Source: Mobula hypostoma
Taxonomy: Eukaryota
Length of the DNA: 64,000 nt
Direction: 5' to 3'
NCBI RefSeq assembly: GCF_963921235.1
Contig: NC_086097.1
Location: 39,186,001-39,250,000 of the forward strand
A program made the position numbers and the translations under genes. How positions within the stretch are numbered: the stretch's first letter is position 1; every line of letters begins with the position of its first letter. Below the pieces are notes generated by a model, which worked only from the letters and a program-made list of their open reading frames with translations, had not been told where the DNA came from and searched no databases. Positions 36,072-49,912 of this stretch are shown here, one piece after another.

Positions 36072-38808
36072 CACTCAGTGGCCACTTTAATAGGTACACC
36101 TGCACACCTGCTTGTTACTGAAAATATCTAATCAGCAATTCAGTGCATAAAAACATGCAGGCATGGTCAAAAGTTTCAGTTGTTACTCAGACCAAACACC
36201 AGAATGGCAAAGTAATGTGATCTAAGTGACTTTGACCATGAAATGATTGTTGATGCCAGGCGGGGCAGTTTGAAAATCTAAGAAACTGTTGATCTCCTGG
36301 GATTTTCATGCACAACAGTTTCGAGTTACAGAGGATGGTGCAAAAAATAAAAAAAAATCTAGAGAGTGGCAGTTCTTTGGGTGAAAATACTTCATTCATG
36401 AGAGATGTCATAGGAGAATGGCCAGACTGGTTCCAGCTGACAAATAATCTCTTTTACTGCAGTGGTGTGCGGAAGAACATCTCTGAACACACAGCACATC
36501 AAACCTGGAAGTGGATGGGCTGTAGTAGCAGGAGGAGGTCAAAAACATAAACTCGGTGACCACCTTATTAGATACAGGACATCTTTACCTAAGATGAAAG
36601 GGTTATCATATGAGGAACAAACTATAGAAACATAGAGTTTTTACATTACAAGAGGCCATCAGTCTAGAATAGCTCTTAGAAAAGAACCCCTCCCCCCCAG
36701 GGCTGTGTGCTCAGCCCTCTGCTGACTCACAACTGTACTGCTAGATTCAGTTCAAACCATATCAAATTTGCTGATGCTACTACTAGTGGTTGGCCTCATA
36801 AGTAACAATGATGAGTTGGCCACTCTCCATTGCACATCAATGGCTCTACCGTGAAGAGAGTGAACAGCACAAAATTCCTTGGTGTGCATATAACAGGTCT
36901 GTACCCACTGGAATTCAGAGGGTTGAGTGGGAATCTCATTGAAACCTTTCAAATGTTGAAAGGCCTAGACAGAGTAGATGTGGTAAGGATGTTTCCTATA
37001 GTGGGGGAGTCTAGGACAAGAGGGCACAGCCTCAGGATAGAAGAGTGCCCTTTCAAAACAGAGATGCGGAGAAATTTCTTTAGCCAAAGAGTGATGAATT
37101 TGTTGCCACATGCAACTGTGGAGGCCAGATCGTTGGGTGTATTTAAGGCAGAGATTGATAGGTTCTTGAATGAACATGGCATCAAAGGTTACGGGGAGAA
37201 GGCCGGGAACTGGGATTGAGGAGGAGATAAAAAAAAAAAGGATCATCCGTGATTGAATGGTGGAACAGACTCGATAGGCTAGATGGCCTAATTCTGCTCC
37301 TATCTCATGGTCTTGTGGTCTAAGATGGACATCTTTAGCTCTCTGAAACAGTACGCTATCCCTGCAGGTTTTAAGGCAGCCACCAGCAATCCGGTGCCCA
37401 AGAGAGCAATGGTAACTGGCCTAAATAATTACAGCCCAGTGGCACTGACCTCAACAATCATGAAAGGCTTTGAGCGGCTGGTAATGGATCGTGTAAAATC
37501 CTATTTTCCAGCTACATTGGCCCCTTTACAGTTTGCCTACCACTCAGACTGGTCCTCTGATACCATAGCCTTGGCCCTCCGTTCCGTCCTGTCCTACCTA
37601 GAAAACAATACCTCATATGCCAGGATGTTGTTCATTGACTTCTGCTTGGCACTTAACCGGATCATCCCTCAGTGTCTGGTTGGTAAAGTGTCCTCATTGA
37701 GATTAAACACCCCTCTCTGTAACTGGATGTTGGATCTCTTGTCGGAAAGGCTCCCGTCAGTCTGAGTTGGCAGCAATATCTCAAGCTCCATCACACTGAG
37801 CACTGGTACCCACCCCTCCCCCCCAGGGCTGTGTGCTCAGCCCTCTGCTGACTCACAACTGTACTGCTAGATTCAGTTCAAACCATATCAAATTTGCTGA
37901 TGCTACTACTAGTGGTTGGCCTCATAAGTAACAATGATGAGTTGGCCACTCTCCATTGCACATCAATGGCTCTACCGTGAAGAGAGTGAACAGCACAAAA
38001 TTCCTTGGTGTGCATATAACAGGTCTAACCTGGACTCAAAATACTACCTCACCAGTCAAGAAGGCACAGCAGTATCTATACTTTCTGAGGAGATTGAGGT
38101 GTGCACAGCTCCTCACCCCCATTCTAAAAACATTCCACAGGAGCACGATTGAGTGAGTCCTATCTGGCTCCATCATTCTGTGGTATGGAAGCTGCAAGGC
38201 ATTGGACCGCAAGACATTACAGAGGATAGTAAAAGCAGTTGAGAGGATATTCAAGGTCTCCCTCTGCCCTGTTTGTGACATTTACTGAGAGCATTGCAGA
38301 CAAAGGGCCTGAAGCATTGTTGAGGGGCCCCTACCACCTGCCCCACAATCTCTTTGACCCACTACTGACAGGAAGGAAGTACAGAAGTATCAACACTAGG
38401 ACTACCAGACTGGGTAACAGCTACTTCCCTCAGGCTCTGAGACTAATGAATACCCTGTCACAACCAAGGTCTTGTCACTAGGACAGGAAGCTGTTTACTG
38501 CCCTGTTTATATGTGTTACACACTACATGCATTTTGAATTATATTTTATTAACTTGGTTTTGGAAATATTTGGTTTATGTGATGTGTGTAATGTATGTTT
38601 TGTGAATGCACCATGGCTTCAATCTCCTCAGAAAGTATAGATACTGCTATGCCTTCTTGATTAGTGAGGTAGCGTTGTGAGTTCAGGTTAGATCATCTGT
38701 TATGTGCGCACCAGTGTTTCATTTGGTTGTATGTATGTACAGTCAGATGAAAATAAACTTGAACTTGACTTGACTACAGGAGGTACCTAATAAAGTGGCC
38801 ATTGAGTG
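36072..38808. mobile_element. Non-autonomous Tc1-like element with TIRs, carrying nested CR1 (about 36583-37322, +) and Rex1 (about 37325-38775, +) fragments
   Basis: Left TIR CACTCAGTGGCCACTTTAATAGGTAC; right TIR reverse complement CACTCAATGGCCACTTTATTAGGTAC followed by TA; inner repeat near 36552; Rex RT motifs YSPVALTSTIMKGFERLV and ARMLFIDF. Confidence 0.8.
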
Positions 38809-39009
38809 TAATTCTGCAGGCTCTCCCCTTAATCATTTCTTCAAAGAAAACAGTCCAGTCTTTCCATTCTGTCCTTGTAACTTACCACACAAATATTTCT
38901 CATTAATCTTTTTTGGTCCGTCTCCAGTGTTTCAATATTCATCTTGTCATGGCATGTCTGAACACAATAAACCAATTCAGTGTTTCATAAAGTTTCAGCA
39001 TGACTTTTG

Positions 39010-39528
39010 TACACAAGAAAATCTGCAGATGCTGGTGATCTAATGCAACACACACAAAATGCTGGAGGAATGCAGCTGGCTAGGCAGCACCTATGGAGAA
39101 GATTAAACAGTCCGTATTTTGGGCTGAGACCCTTCAACTTTTTTGCTTTCATACCTATGTCTCTATTGATAATAGAGTGAAAAACATTACCAAGGATGCA
39201 TCTCACCCTAACCATGGACTTTTTACTCTCCTCCCATCTGGTAGGCGCTACAAGAGCCTCCACTCCTGCACCAGCAGGCACAGGAAGAGCTTCTTCCCTG
39301 AGGCTGTGACCCTGCTGAACCTCACATCACAGCGCTAAGCAGTGTTGCACCCATGTTGTACTGTCTCAGTACTTTTATATTTGTATGCTGTAGCACTTAC
39401 TTTTTATTTTCAGTTATTTTGTAAATAACACTATTCTTTGCATTTCTGGTTAGATGCTAACTGCATTTCATTGGCTTTGTATCTGTACTCAGCACAATGA
39501 CAATAAAGTTGAATCTAATCTAATCTAA
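39010..39528. mobile_element. PLE pLTR fragment (-, about 39010-39136) followed by a Rex1 3' end with (AATCT)n tail (+, about 39175-39528)
   Basis: pLTR text tctgcagatgctgg...gctgagaccctt; HPNHGLFTLLPSGRRY...SFFP. Confidence 0.75.
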
Positions 39529-40632
39529 TAAAGCCCATAGCTTTTGTGACTTTTAAACTGCTTTTATTGAAATAAGGTTAAAGGGGCCCTGGAACTGCAG
39601 ACACCTGTAGTTACCAAACATGAAATCTATGACAGCCCAGCAGATTTATCCAATACATCTTGACTGATGATTCGGTTGGAATCTGAATTAGGTCCTACCC
39701 CAATAGACTTCGGCATTGTAAGATGCTGTTTAGCCCTTCATACCTATCTGTGCATTCAACTTGCTACCATTCCCATATCCATGTAATTTTTCACTTTTTA
39801 AGTATTCCTTAAGTCTACATTTTCTTTTAAAGAGATCTAATTATGGATTCTGCCTCTTCTAATAACCCTCAGAGCCTTCCAGATTCTGTTAGCCTTGTCT
39901 GTTCACAATGCAAGCCACTTTCATTGTTCATTGACCTTAACATTCTCTAAATGTTGAAAATAGTTAAATGTTATGAAATATGCATCAGATTATGTTCACA
40001 CATATACCTTTATGTTTTTCCCAAATTTTTTCTGACTTTTGTCTCCACTGTTCCTCTGTGGCCTCCCAACCTCTCAATAGTCACAGCCAATTCAGAAATT
40101 GTTAAAAAAAATCTCTTGTATCTCTTAAAGTAATTAGATAAACACTGAGGCTCCAAACTGAGTACTCTCTTTCTGTTCTAGTCAAAGCACTATCAGTTAT
40201 TTATCCAATGCCATCATGCAAATAATGAGTCCATGATCAAGTCAACAAACTGAATTTTGGTGGGCGTGGGTAATGTATGAACAATCTGAAAGTCTAATCT
40301 TGTGCTTTGTTGATTTAAATAATCCACTTGACCCCGTGATGTCAAAAAATCAATTTTATCGTATGTGATTAAAATATTAAATGCCTGAAACAGGTTCCTT
40401 CAGTCATGGTGTCTGCTGGAAGTACAGTACAAGGCAGTCTGTCATTTTAGTTCAATGAACTTAGTTCGTTGATGAGGGGCTCTGGATAACTTCGTCCAGA
40501 TGAAATCTCTCAAAATCCATTAAAACATAAATATAATTGTCCTGATTTGATGTTGGAGAAACTCACTAGTATAAACTTAATATTCCATATTATGCTCTAA
40601 TATGTTCTTATTTCAATTATTTTTATTGTTAG

Positions 40633-40839
40633 GTAATGAGGTGCTTTCGTGAAGGTGGATATAATGTATTGGTTTCTACATGCGTTGGGGAAGAAGGACT
40701 GGACATTGGGGAAGTTGACCTCATTATTTGCTTTGATGCTCAAAAGAGCCCTATTCGAATGATACAAAGAATGGGCCGAACAGGCCGGAAGCGAGAGGGC
40801 AGAATTGTGGTTCTTCTTGCTGAAGGACGAGAAGAACGG
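40633..40839 (+). CDS. FANCM: FANCM coding exon (about exon 10), helicase motifs V and VI ([23 protein letters not shown])
   Basis: ttag acceptor, gtgagt donor; 207 nt, phase 0/0. Canonical SF2 motifs V and VI. Confidence 0.97.
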
Positions 40840-43800
40840 GTGAGTCTACTTTCGTATGTGTCTCAACAATCTTTTGGGATTGAGAATGATTAACCTTTGT
40901 GGATTCTGAGATGGCTAATGTGGGAACAGAAGACCTCTCTATAGATTGGGTAGGTGATGGCTGATGGAGAGTTTGGGAGGTGGAGAGCGCCTCCTGACAC
41001 TTACCTAGGACCTCTCGGTGCTTTTGATGCATGGCATTGGTTCTCAATACTCCTTGACTACTCTTACACTTGGAATGATATGGACCAAAGATTCCCAGGG
41101 TTTGGCGAAGTTGTTATGTTTCTTCAGAGAGGCTTAAGAACATTCACAAATGTTTTTTCTCTTTCTGACTAATAATGTCTTTCTATGACACAGCTTGGAA
41201 TGAAGTTCCTGTTCCAGGATTCTGCTGATGGACATGAGAATGATTTGGCTTGTCTAGCTTGGCTAAGTGCAACTAGAGCCCTAATACTGGAAAGGGAACA
41301 CTGAGAATAGTCCACTTCCCCTTCCAGTGAAATTGGCAGATTTTTCAGAAACGGCATTGACAATAGTTTTCCTATACCCTTTGAGATGCTTGGTCAAGCT
41401 TCAGAAGCATGTAGTAGGGCAAGGATCACTACTTCCTTGTGAGAGTTTGAGAGTATAAAAAAGGTAGGTCTCGGGGCTTGTGAGTTTCACTTTATGGAAA
41501 TTTAAGAGGTAAGTCAGCTAATTGTTAGTTAATTACTATTTATCAGGAGACATTAAAAAGAAGATTGTGTCAAGGTGGAACAGCTATTTTGGGAGCGGCC
41601 ATTATGAGAATGAGCCAGTGTAGAAGTAGAAGGCATTGGCATGAAGAGGCTGAATAAGTGGCCTGGGTTTGTGGAGTGAGAGCAGGAACATTAAAAAAGC
41701 AACTTTCATTCATTGACTAATTGGAGGGCACTTTAACCAATAAAATGCAGGGTACAAGGTTAAATGGAGCAGAAATAATGAGACAGAATTGAGCGTTGCT
41801 CAAGAGGCTTTGATGATGGAACACAAGTAAGAACAAATAAGGTTTTATTTTGCTTTTCATTCTTGGTACTTGATTGTGTAGCCAAGATGACAGTTCAGGC
41901 AGTAGAATTCTCCACCTGCAACATGTGGGAAGTCAGAGACCCTTGTGGTCTTCCTGATGATGATATCTGTGGGAAGTGTACCCAGATGTAGCTGCTAACA
42001 AACTGAGTCAAGGAACTGGATTTGAATGCATTCAGGACCATCTGGGAGGCTGATAATTTGATAGATGAGACTTTTAATGAGGTGGTCACACCCAAGGTAT
42101 AGGCTTCAGATAGATATATGGATGACCACAAGAAAAAGTAAGGGAAGTAGGCAGTAAGTGGCCATTCCCCTCACTAACAAATATTTCATTTTGGATACTG
42201 TTGAGCAGATGTTTAGTTTAGGGCAGAACTGGCAGCTCAATATTTCAGGATACAAATGCTACAGGCGTAACAGAGGTACAGATAAGTGAGGAGGGTTTGC
42301 TCCCTTTTTGATCAGGGAGGACATAACAGCAGTACTTGGAGATGACATTCTTGGTGATGACTGATGACCTTGCTTTAAGGTGACAAAACATTTATACCCT
42401 TAAGTCCCTCTGTTCCACTACATTCCCTAATGCCCTATGAGTACCTGGGTGTTAAAAGTTCCTGGGTGTCAACATTCCTGAAGATCTATCCTGGGCCCAA
42501 TATATATTGTTGCAATTATGAAAGGGGCATACCAGCAGAGTTTGAGCAGATTTGTTATGTCACCAAAGGCACTGGCAAGTTTCTACAGATGTACAATGGA
42601 GAGCATTCTGATTGATTTCATCACTGCCTGTTATGGAGGTGGCAATGCACAGGATCGGAAAAAGCTGCAGAGGGTTATAAGCTCAGTCAGCTCCATCATG
42701 AGCACCATCAGAGACATCTTCAAAAGTTGATACCTCATGAAGGTGGTAGCCCTTATTAAGAACCTTCACCATCGAGGACATTTCCACTTGTCATTACTAC
42801 CATCGGGGTGGAAATACAGGAGTTCAAAGACTCATACACCACGATTTAGGAACAGCTTCTTCACCTCCACTATCTGATTTTGAACAGTCCAGAACCCATA
42901 ATCAGTACTTTACCTCAATACCTCAATATTTTGCTCACTTTTTGCACTACTTTTTTTTTTATATTTCTTGTAACTTGTTTTACTTTTTATGTATTGCACT
43001 TTACTGCTGCAAGACAACAAATTTCACGACATGAGTCAGTGATAATAAACCTAATTCTGATTCTGATGTCTTGCAGTGGTTTGACTTTTCAAAATGCATC
43101 ACCTTACACCTATCTGTATTGAAATCCATTTGCTACTCCTTGGCCTCTTCCTTGAAATTTGTGACAACCTTCTTCATTATCAAGAACACCTCCTAATTTC
43201 AAGTCATCGTCAAGCTTACAGATCAAGCCTTGTGTATTTGCATCCAAGTCATTTACAAAAAAGATGATTAACAAAGGTTCCAACTCCAAATGATGCGACT
43301 CACCATTAATCATTGGCCTCTGTTCTGAAAAACAACCTTCAACCACCATCCTCATGTGGTGAGGCTATATGGATAGAACTTGAGGCTGAGAAGGGGAGTA
43401 ATATATCTTATTATACACTCTTGTGGGGCTGTATATAGACCCACCCCCTAGTAGTTAGCAGGAACTTGAAGAGCAGGTGTGTAGTATAATTGCTTTTAGT
43501 TGTAAGAATATTCAGGTTGTATGAGTGAATGATTTTAATTTGCCTGATATTGACTTGATTGTCCAGAATATCAAGGGCCTGGACAGGGTGGAATTTGTGA
43601 ACTATGTCCAGGAGTGAATATAGAGGGCCCTGCTCAGGAGGGTTGCAAAACTGGACATCCTTGTAAGAAACAAGGCAGGGCAAGTAACTGTGGTGGCATT
43701 CATGGAACAATTTGGCTCTAGTGACCATAATCCGGCAGATCCACAGATTAGGGTCCTAAACTGGAGCAGTGCTAACCTTGGAGGAATAAGATGGAATCTA

Positions 43801-44513
43801 GCTCAGGCCGATTGTGTAAGCCTATTTGGAGGGAAAGGAATGAATGGAGAGTGGGAGGCTTAAGAGTGTGGTAGCAAGTGTCCAGGAGCAGTATGTTCCC
43901 ATTAGGGTAAAGGGTAACTGGGGAGCCATGGCTGATGATAAATATTGAGGCCCTGGTCAAGAAAATGAAGGTGTAGGAAGTTGGAATCGAGTGAATCCCT
44001 CGATGACTGTAAAATAATTAGGAATATTTGAGAGGGAAAGGTATTTGCAGCCCTTACAGCACATTAAAGTGGACAAATCCTCAGATTGACCAATTGCCTC
44101 CTCAGGTTTTGTGGGAGGCTTGAGAGGAAATTGCAATGGCCCTTACTGAGATATATGTTTCTTTCTTTAAATCTTTTTATTGAGTAAGTATACAAAAAAG
44201 GTAAGCCATATAAACATTAATACAATGTTAAAGTATAATAAAATTCCAAAAGATATCAATACCAAAAAAAATACTACAAACAATGTAATTTAAACATAAG
44301 AAACCAAGATAACATAATAGTATACTAAATTTTATATATATCAATGGAAAAAAAAAGAAAAAAAACCCCCCAAAAAAAACCCACCGTGCAGCTAACTAAA
44401 AGCAAGGCAAAGCAATGGGCTAACTTGAAACCAAACAGAGTTAAACTTAAAATCACGTCCTCAATCCCGACCTCCATTAAAAACAGTGAAAAAAAAAACA
44501 AGAAGGGTAAATA

Positions 44514-47500
44514 TTACATTAAATGAAAATATCGAATAAAAGGTCCCCAAATCTGTTCAAATTTAAATGAAGAATCATAAAGGTTACTTCTAATTTTCTG
44601 CAAATTCAAACATAAAATCGTCTGAGAAAACCAAAAAAAGGTAGTTGGAGCATTAAGCTCTTTCCAATGTTGTAAAATACATCTTTTCGCCATTAAAGTA
44701 AGAAATGCAATCATTCTACGGGCTGAAGGGGAAAGATTACTAGAAATTTTAGGTAGTCCAAAGATAGCAGTAATAGGGTGAGGAGAGATATCTATATTTA
44801 ATACCTTAGAAATAATATTGAAAATATCTCTCCAAAAAGTTTCCAAAGTAGGGCAAGACCAAAACATATGAGTTAAAGAGGCTATCTGCCCCGAACATCT
44901 ATCACAGAAAGGATTAATATGCGAGTAAAAACGCGCTAACTTATCTTTGGACATATGTGCTCTATGAACCACTTTAAATTGAATTAGGGAATGTTTAGCA
45001 CAAATAGAGGAAGTATTAACTAATTGTAAAATCTGCCCCCAATCATCCACAGAAATGGTAAGCCCCAATTCCTGTTCCCAATCTACCCTAATCTTATCAA
45101 ATGGAGCTTTCCTAAGTTTCATAATAATATTATAAATCATAGCCGATGCACCTTTCTGACATGGATTAAGGTTAATTATCGAATCTAAAATATATGTAGG
45201 AGGAAGCATTGGAAAGGAAGAAAGTATAGTACTTAGGAAATTTCTAACTTGTAAATATCTAAAAAAATGTATTCTTGATAAGTTATATTTATTAGATAAT
45301 TGTTCAAAAGACATAAGGGAACCATCTAAAAATAAATCCAAAAACCGTAAAATGCCCTTAGTCTTCCAAGTTTGAAAAGCGCGATCCGTAAAAGAGGGAG
45401 GAAAAAATATGTTACCTAAAATAGGAATCGCTAACCCGAATTGATTAAGATCAAAAAATTTTCTGAATTGAAACCAAATGCGCAAAGCATATTTAACTAT
45501 CGGGTTAGAGACCTGCTTAAGACGTTTCGAATCAAAAGGGAGAGAGGAGCCTAAAATAGAACCAAGTGTATAACCCTGAACAGATTGTAATTCCAATGCT
45601 ACCCATTTAGGAATAGATAGTATGTCCTGGTCAAGTAACCAAAAATTCATATGTCGAATATTAATAGCCCAATAATAGAATCTAAAGTTAGGTAATGCTA
45701 AACCTCCATCTCTCTTAGCTTTCTGTAAATGTATTTTACCCAGTCTCGGATTCTTATTCTGCCAAATAAATGAAGAAATTTTAGAGTCAACTTTATCAAA
45801 AAAAGATTTTGGAACGAAAATTGGTAATGCCTGAAACACATATAAAAATTTTGGCAAAAAAAACATCTTAACTGCATTAATACGACCAATCAAAGTTAAA
45901 TATAAGGGAAACCATTTAGATGAAAGTTGAGTAATATGGTCTATTAATGGTAAAAAGTTAGTCTTAAATAAATCTTTGTATTTACAAGTAATTTTAATCC
46001 CAAGATATGAAAAGTAATTATTAATCAATTTAAATGGAAATTTATAATATAAGGGAAGATGTTTATTAATCGGAAAAAGTTCACTCTTACTAAGATTTAA
46101 ATTATAACCTGAGAAAAGACCAAATTGTGCTAATAACTCTAAAACAGCAGGAATGGATTTCTCAGGATTAGAAATATATAAAAATAAATCATCAGCATAG
46201 AGTGATAATTTATGGGACTTTAATCCCCGAGTTATCCCAGTAATATTTGAAGATTCTCGAATAGCAATTGCAAGAGGTTCTAATGCAATATCAAATAATA
46301 GGGGACTAAGAGGACAGCCTTGTCGAGTACCACGAAAGAGAGGAAAAAAAGGTGAGTTTAAAGAGTTAGTACGAACCGAGGCTACAGGGGAATGATATAA
46401 CAGTTTAATCCAGGATATAAATTTCAAGCTAAAATTAAACACTTCAAGCACCTTAAATAAATAAGGCCATTCTACTCTATCAAAAGCTTTCTCGGCATCT
46501 AAAGAAATAACACACTCAGGAACATTTTGTGAGGGAGTATAAACGATATTTAACAATGTACGAATATTATAAAAAGAGTAACGACCTTTAATAAAACCCG
46601 TTTGGTCTTCCGAAATAATAGAAGGAAGTACTTTTTCTAGTCTATTTGCTAATAACTTAGAAAAAACTTTAGAATCAACATTTAATAAAGATATTGGTCT
46701 ATAAGATGCACATTGAGCAGGGTCTTTATCCTTCTTTAGTATTAGAGAAATTGATGCTCTATTAAAAGATTCAGGAAGTTTACCAAGTTTCAAAGAAGCC
46801 TCAAAAACCCTACAGAGCCAAGGAATCAATAAAGAAGCAAAACATTTATAAAATTCAACGGTAAACCCATCAGGGCCAGGAGCTTTCCCCAGATTCATAG
46901 AAAAAATAACATTCTTAATCTCATCCATTGTAATGGAAGTATCTAATAAAGAAGACATATCCTGTGAAATCTGAGGGAAGTCTAACTTATCTAAAAAATC
47001 ATTCATATATTTAGAATCTCGAGGATACTCTGATTGATATAAAGAAGAATAAAAATCACAAAAGGTTTGATTAATCCCCACATGATCCAGTATCAATCGA
47101 TCATTTTGGTTATAAATCTGATTGATTTGAGATTTAACATAATTAGATTTCAATTGATTAGCCAGCAGCTTGCCAATTTTGTCACTGTGAACATAAAAGT
47201 CACTTCTTGTTTTCTTTAATTGGTTTACAATCGAGGACGAGAGTAGTAAACTGTGTTCCTTTTGAAGTTCAGTTCTTTGTTTGTATAACTCCTCAGAAGG
47301 AGCCATAACATATTTCTTATCAATTTCTTTAATCTTGTCCACAATTGCCATCTCCTCCTGCTTCTGTTTCTTCCTCAAAGCAACAGAATACGAAATAATC
47401 TGACCCCGAATATAGGCTTTAAAAGTGTCCCAAAGAGTGTTAACCGAAATATCTTCTGTATGGTTAATTGTAAAAAAAAAGCTCAATCTGTTCATTCATA

Positions 47501-48291
47501 AAATTAACAAAGTCCGAGTCCTGAAGCAACAGCGAATTAAAACGCCATTGTCTATTATTTGGTATATTGGCCATAATTTTAATAGAAAGCTTAAGTGGAG
47601 CATGATCCGAAATGGTTATAGAATCATAATCACATTTAATCACTGAAGGAATAAGACGAGAATCAATGAAAAAATAATCAATTCTTGAATAGGAATGATG
47701 AACATGTGAAAAGAAGGAAAAATCTTTTTCCTGAGGATGCAGAAAACGCCAAATGTCCATCGACCCAGAATCAGAAAGGAAAAAATTAATCAGATTTGCA
47801 GATTTATTAGGTAAAGTCCGTAAAGGAGCCGAACGGTCCAAAGCTGGAGACAAACAGGTATTAAGATCTCCGCCCCAGATCAATGAAAACTCGTTCAAAT
47901 TCGGAAACTGATCAAACAATGATTTATAAAATTCCGGACAATCCATATTAGGAGCATAAACATTAACCAAAACTACTTTTTTATTAAATAGTAAACCACT
48001 AACCAATAAAAATCTACCATTCGGATCAGAGATAATATCCTGTTGTATAAAAGTAACTGAGGAATCTATAAAAATAGAGACGCCTCGAATCTTAGCATTG
48101 GAGTTCGAATGAAATTGTTGTCCCTTCCAGAATTTGAAAAAACGTAGTCTGTCCCCCCTCCGTACATGGGTCTCTTGTAAAAATAAAATTTGTGCTTTAA
48201 GTCTCCGGAACACTTTAAAAACTTTTTTCCTTTTAATAGGATGATTAAGACCGTTAGTATTCCAGGAGACAAAATTAATAATAGACTCCAT
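44514..48291 (-). CDS. L1 ORF2p (APE endonuclease, RT, C-terminal Cys/His), split by one extra T in a T9 run at 47472-47480
   Basis: SWNTNGL, LQETH, GGDLN, SDHAP; YRPISLLN, DAEKAFD, QGCPLSP, YADD; CDRC..HMFWSC. Confidence 0.9.
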
Positions 48292-49012
48292 AAATCCTAA
48301 AGTCAACCCACAACAAGGAGGATTGACGATAGGCGCGACCCACAAACCCGGAGAGGAAACAGAACATACAAAAGATACCGGGAAAAAGGACGCAACCAGT
48401 ACTTCAATAATGTATATAGCCCAAAGAGAAACAAACTAAAACGTGAAGCCCCTCCCACCACCCTCCGCCCCAAGACTCCAAGGCAAAATCTAAAGCAGAC
48501 CCGCCAGAAAGAAGCAAGCGCTAAAACTACCCCCATGACCTTCCGGTATACGCTCCCTAAAAAAAAAGGTATAAATATGAAAAGGATCAGCTAATTGTAA
48601 AACAGTAAAAAAGTAAAAAAAAAGGTAGCTCAATTAAAATACACACAGAACAGAACAAAAGCCGGAAAATATATATTAAAAAAAAAACCACAATAAACCT
48701 CAAACCCATGAATAGACACAGCAACAAGAAAAAATAAGATTATTGACATAAAGTGGTTATAAAAAGCAAAACAGAATAAAATTTAAAAAAACTACAAAAT
48801 TTAAGGCCACACAAGAAATACGTAAGATGACAAAAGGGAAGTAACCACCCAGAATCCCCTGGGAAAAGAAAGAAATGACGCAGTTAAAAAGAAAGTTTAG
48901 CAACCATATTAAGAAATCAAAAATAAACTTTTCTGCCCAAATAGGGCACGAAAAAGTTAAAACCAACCAATTCACAGCCTCCGATCAACGGAGATAATTA
49001 AAAAAAAAGCAA

Positions 49013-49912
49013 TTAAGATGTTGAAGATGAAAGTTGATCCAGATAACTCTGGGCATCCGATGGAGAATCAAAAAAACGAAGGGCTCCATCTGACATGCGA
49101 ATCCTTAGACGTGCAGGGTACAGCAGCGCTGGTCTTAAGTCCATCTTATAGAATTCCGACATCACGGATCTGTAACGAACCCGTTGGTCCCAGATTCGTT
49201 TACTGAAATCTTCCACGAATCGGAACTTAAGATCCGAAAAATCAATGAAACCTTTAGATCGAGCGAATCGAAACAGTCTCTCCTTGTCTTGAAAGTAATG
49301 AAAATGTAAGATAACATGCCTAGGTCTATCTGACCTAGACGAGTATGATGGGATTCTGTGAACACGATCCAGAAGCGGTGGTTGGTCAGGAAATACAGTA
49401 GGGAATGCATCTTTTAAAAGTTGAGAAAAATATTTCATGGGGTTGTTAGATTCCACAGCTTCCCTCACCCCGATCATTCGTAAATTCTGCCGTCGCATTC
49501 TAGATTCCAAGTCAGAGTTTTTAAAAGTCAAAAAGTCAAGTTTCTTCTTCATTACATTAATTGTTTCTTCGATTTCCCCCATCTTAAACTCACTTTGTTG
49601 CGCGAATTTTTGAAGATCAGATATAGCTGACTGATGTTCCGCAATAAATGTTTGCATCTTATCAATTGAATCGGCAATTTTCTGGAGATTAGTTGAGATT
49701 TCCGTATGAATCAGGTCTTTAACAGGGCCTGCAATTTCCGTACGAATCATCTCCCTAACAGAGGTTGAAATTTCCCTCTGAATTAACTCCGATATCGCTT
49801 TCAAAATCACCGGTGATTCAGTCGGGGGGAGATCCGTAGCTTTCGGTTTAACCGGAGGTTTACCATCCTTGCCGTTTTTCCCGTTCTTAGACATAGCAGA
49901 TCTAAGTATCAT
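49013..49912 (-). CDS. L1 ORF1p, 299 aa
   Basis: DLESRMRRQNLRMIGV, DRVHR, LLYPARL. Confidence 0.9.
   Translation of the reverse strand: MILRSAMSKNGKNGKDGKPPVKPKATDLPPTESPVILKAISELIQREISTSVREMIRTEIAGPVKDLIHTEISTNLQKIADSIDKMQTFIAEHQSAISDLQKFAQQSEFKMGEIEETINVMKKKLDFLTFKNSDLESRMRRQNLRMIGVREAVESNNPMKYFSQLLKDAFPTVFPDQPPLLDRVHRIPSYSSRSDRPRHVILHFHYFQDKERLFRFARSKGFIDFSDLKFRFVEDFSKRIWDQRVRYRSVMSEFYKMDLRPALLYPARLRIRMSDGALRFFDSPSDAQSYLDQLSSSTS

Noticed and set aside
47472..47480. Programmed ribosomal frameshift at the L1 ORF2 T-run
   Set aside because: It would need a +1 shift; L1 ORF2 is normally continuous, so a homopolymer indel or sequencing error is simpler.
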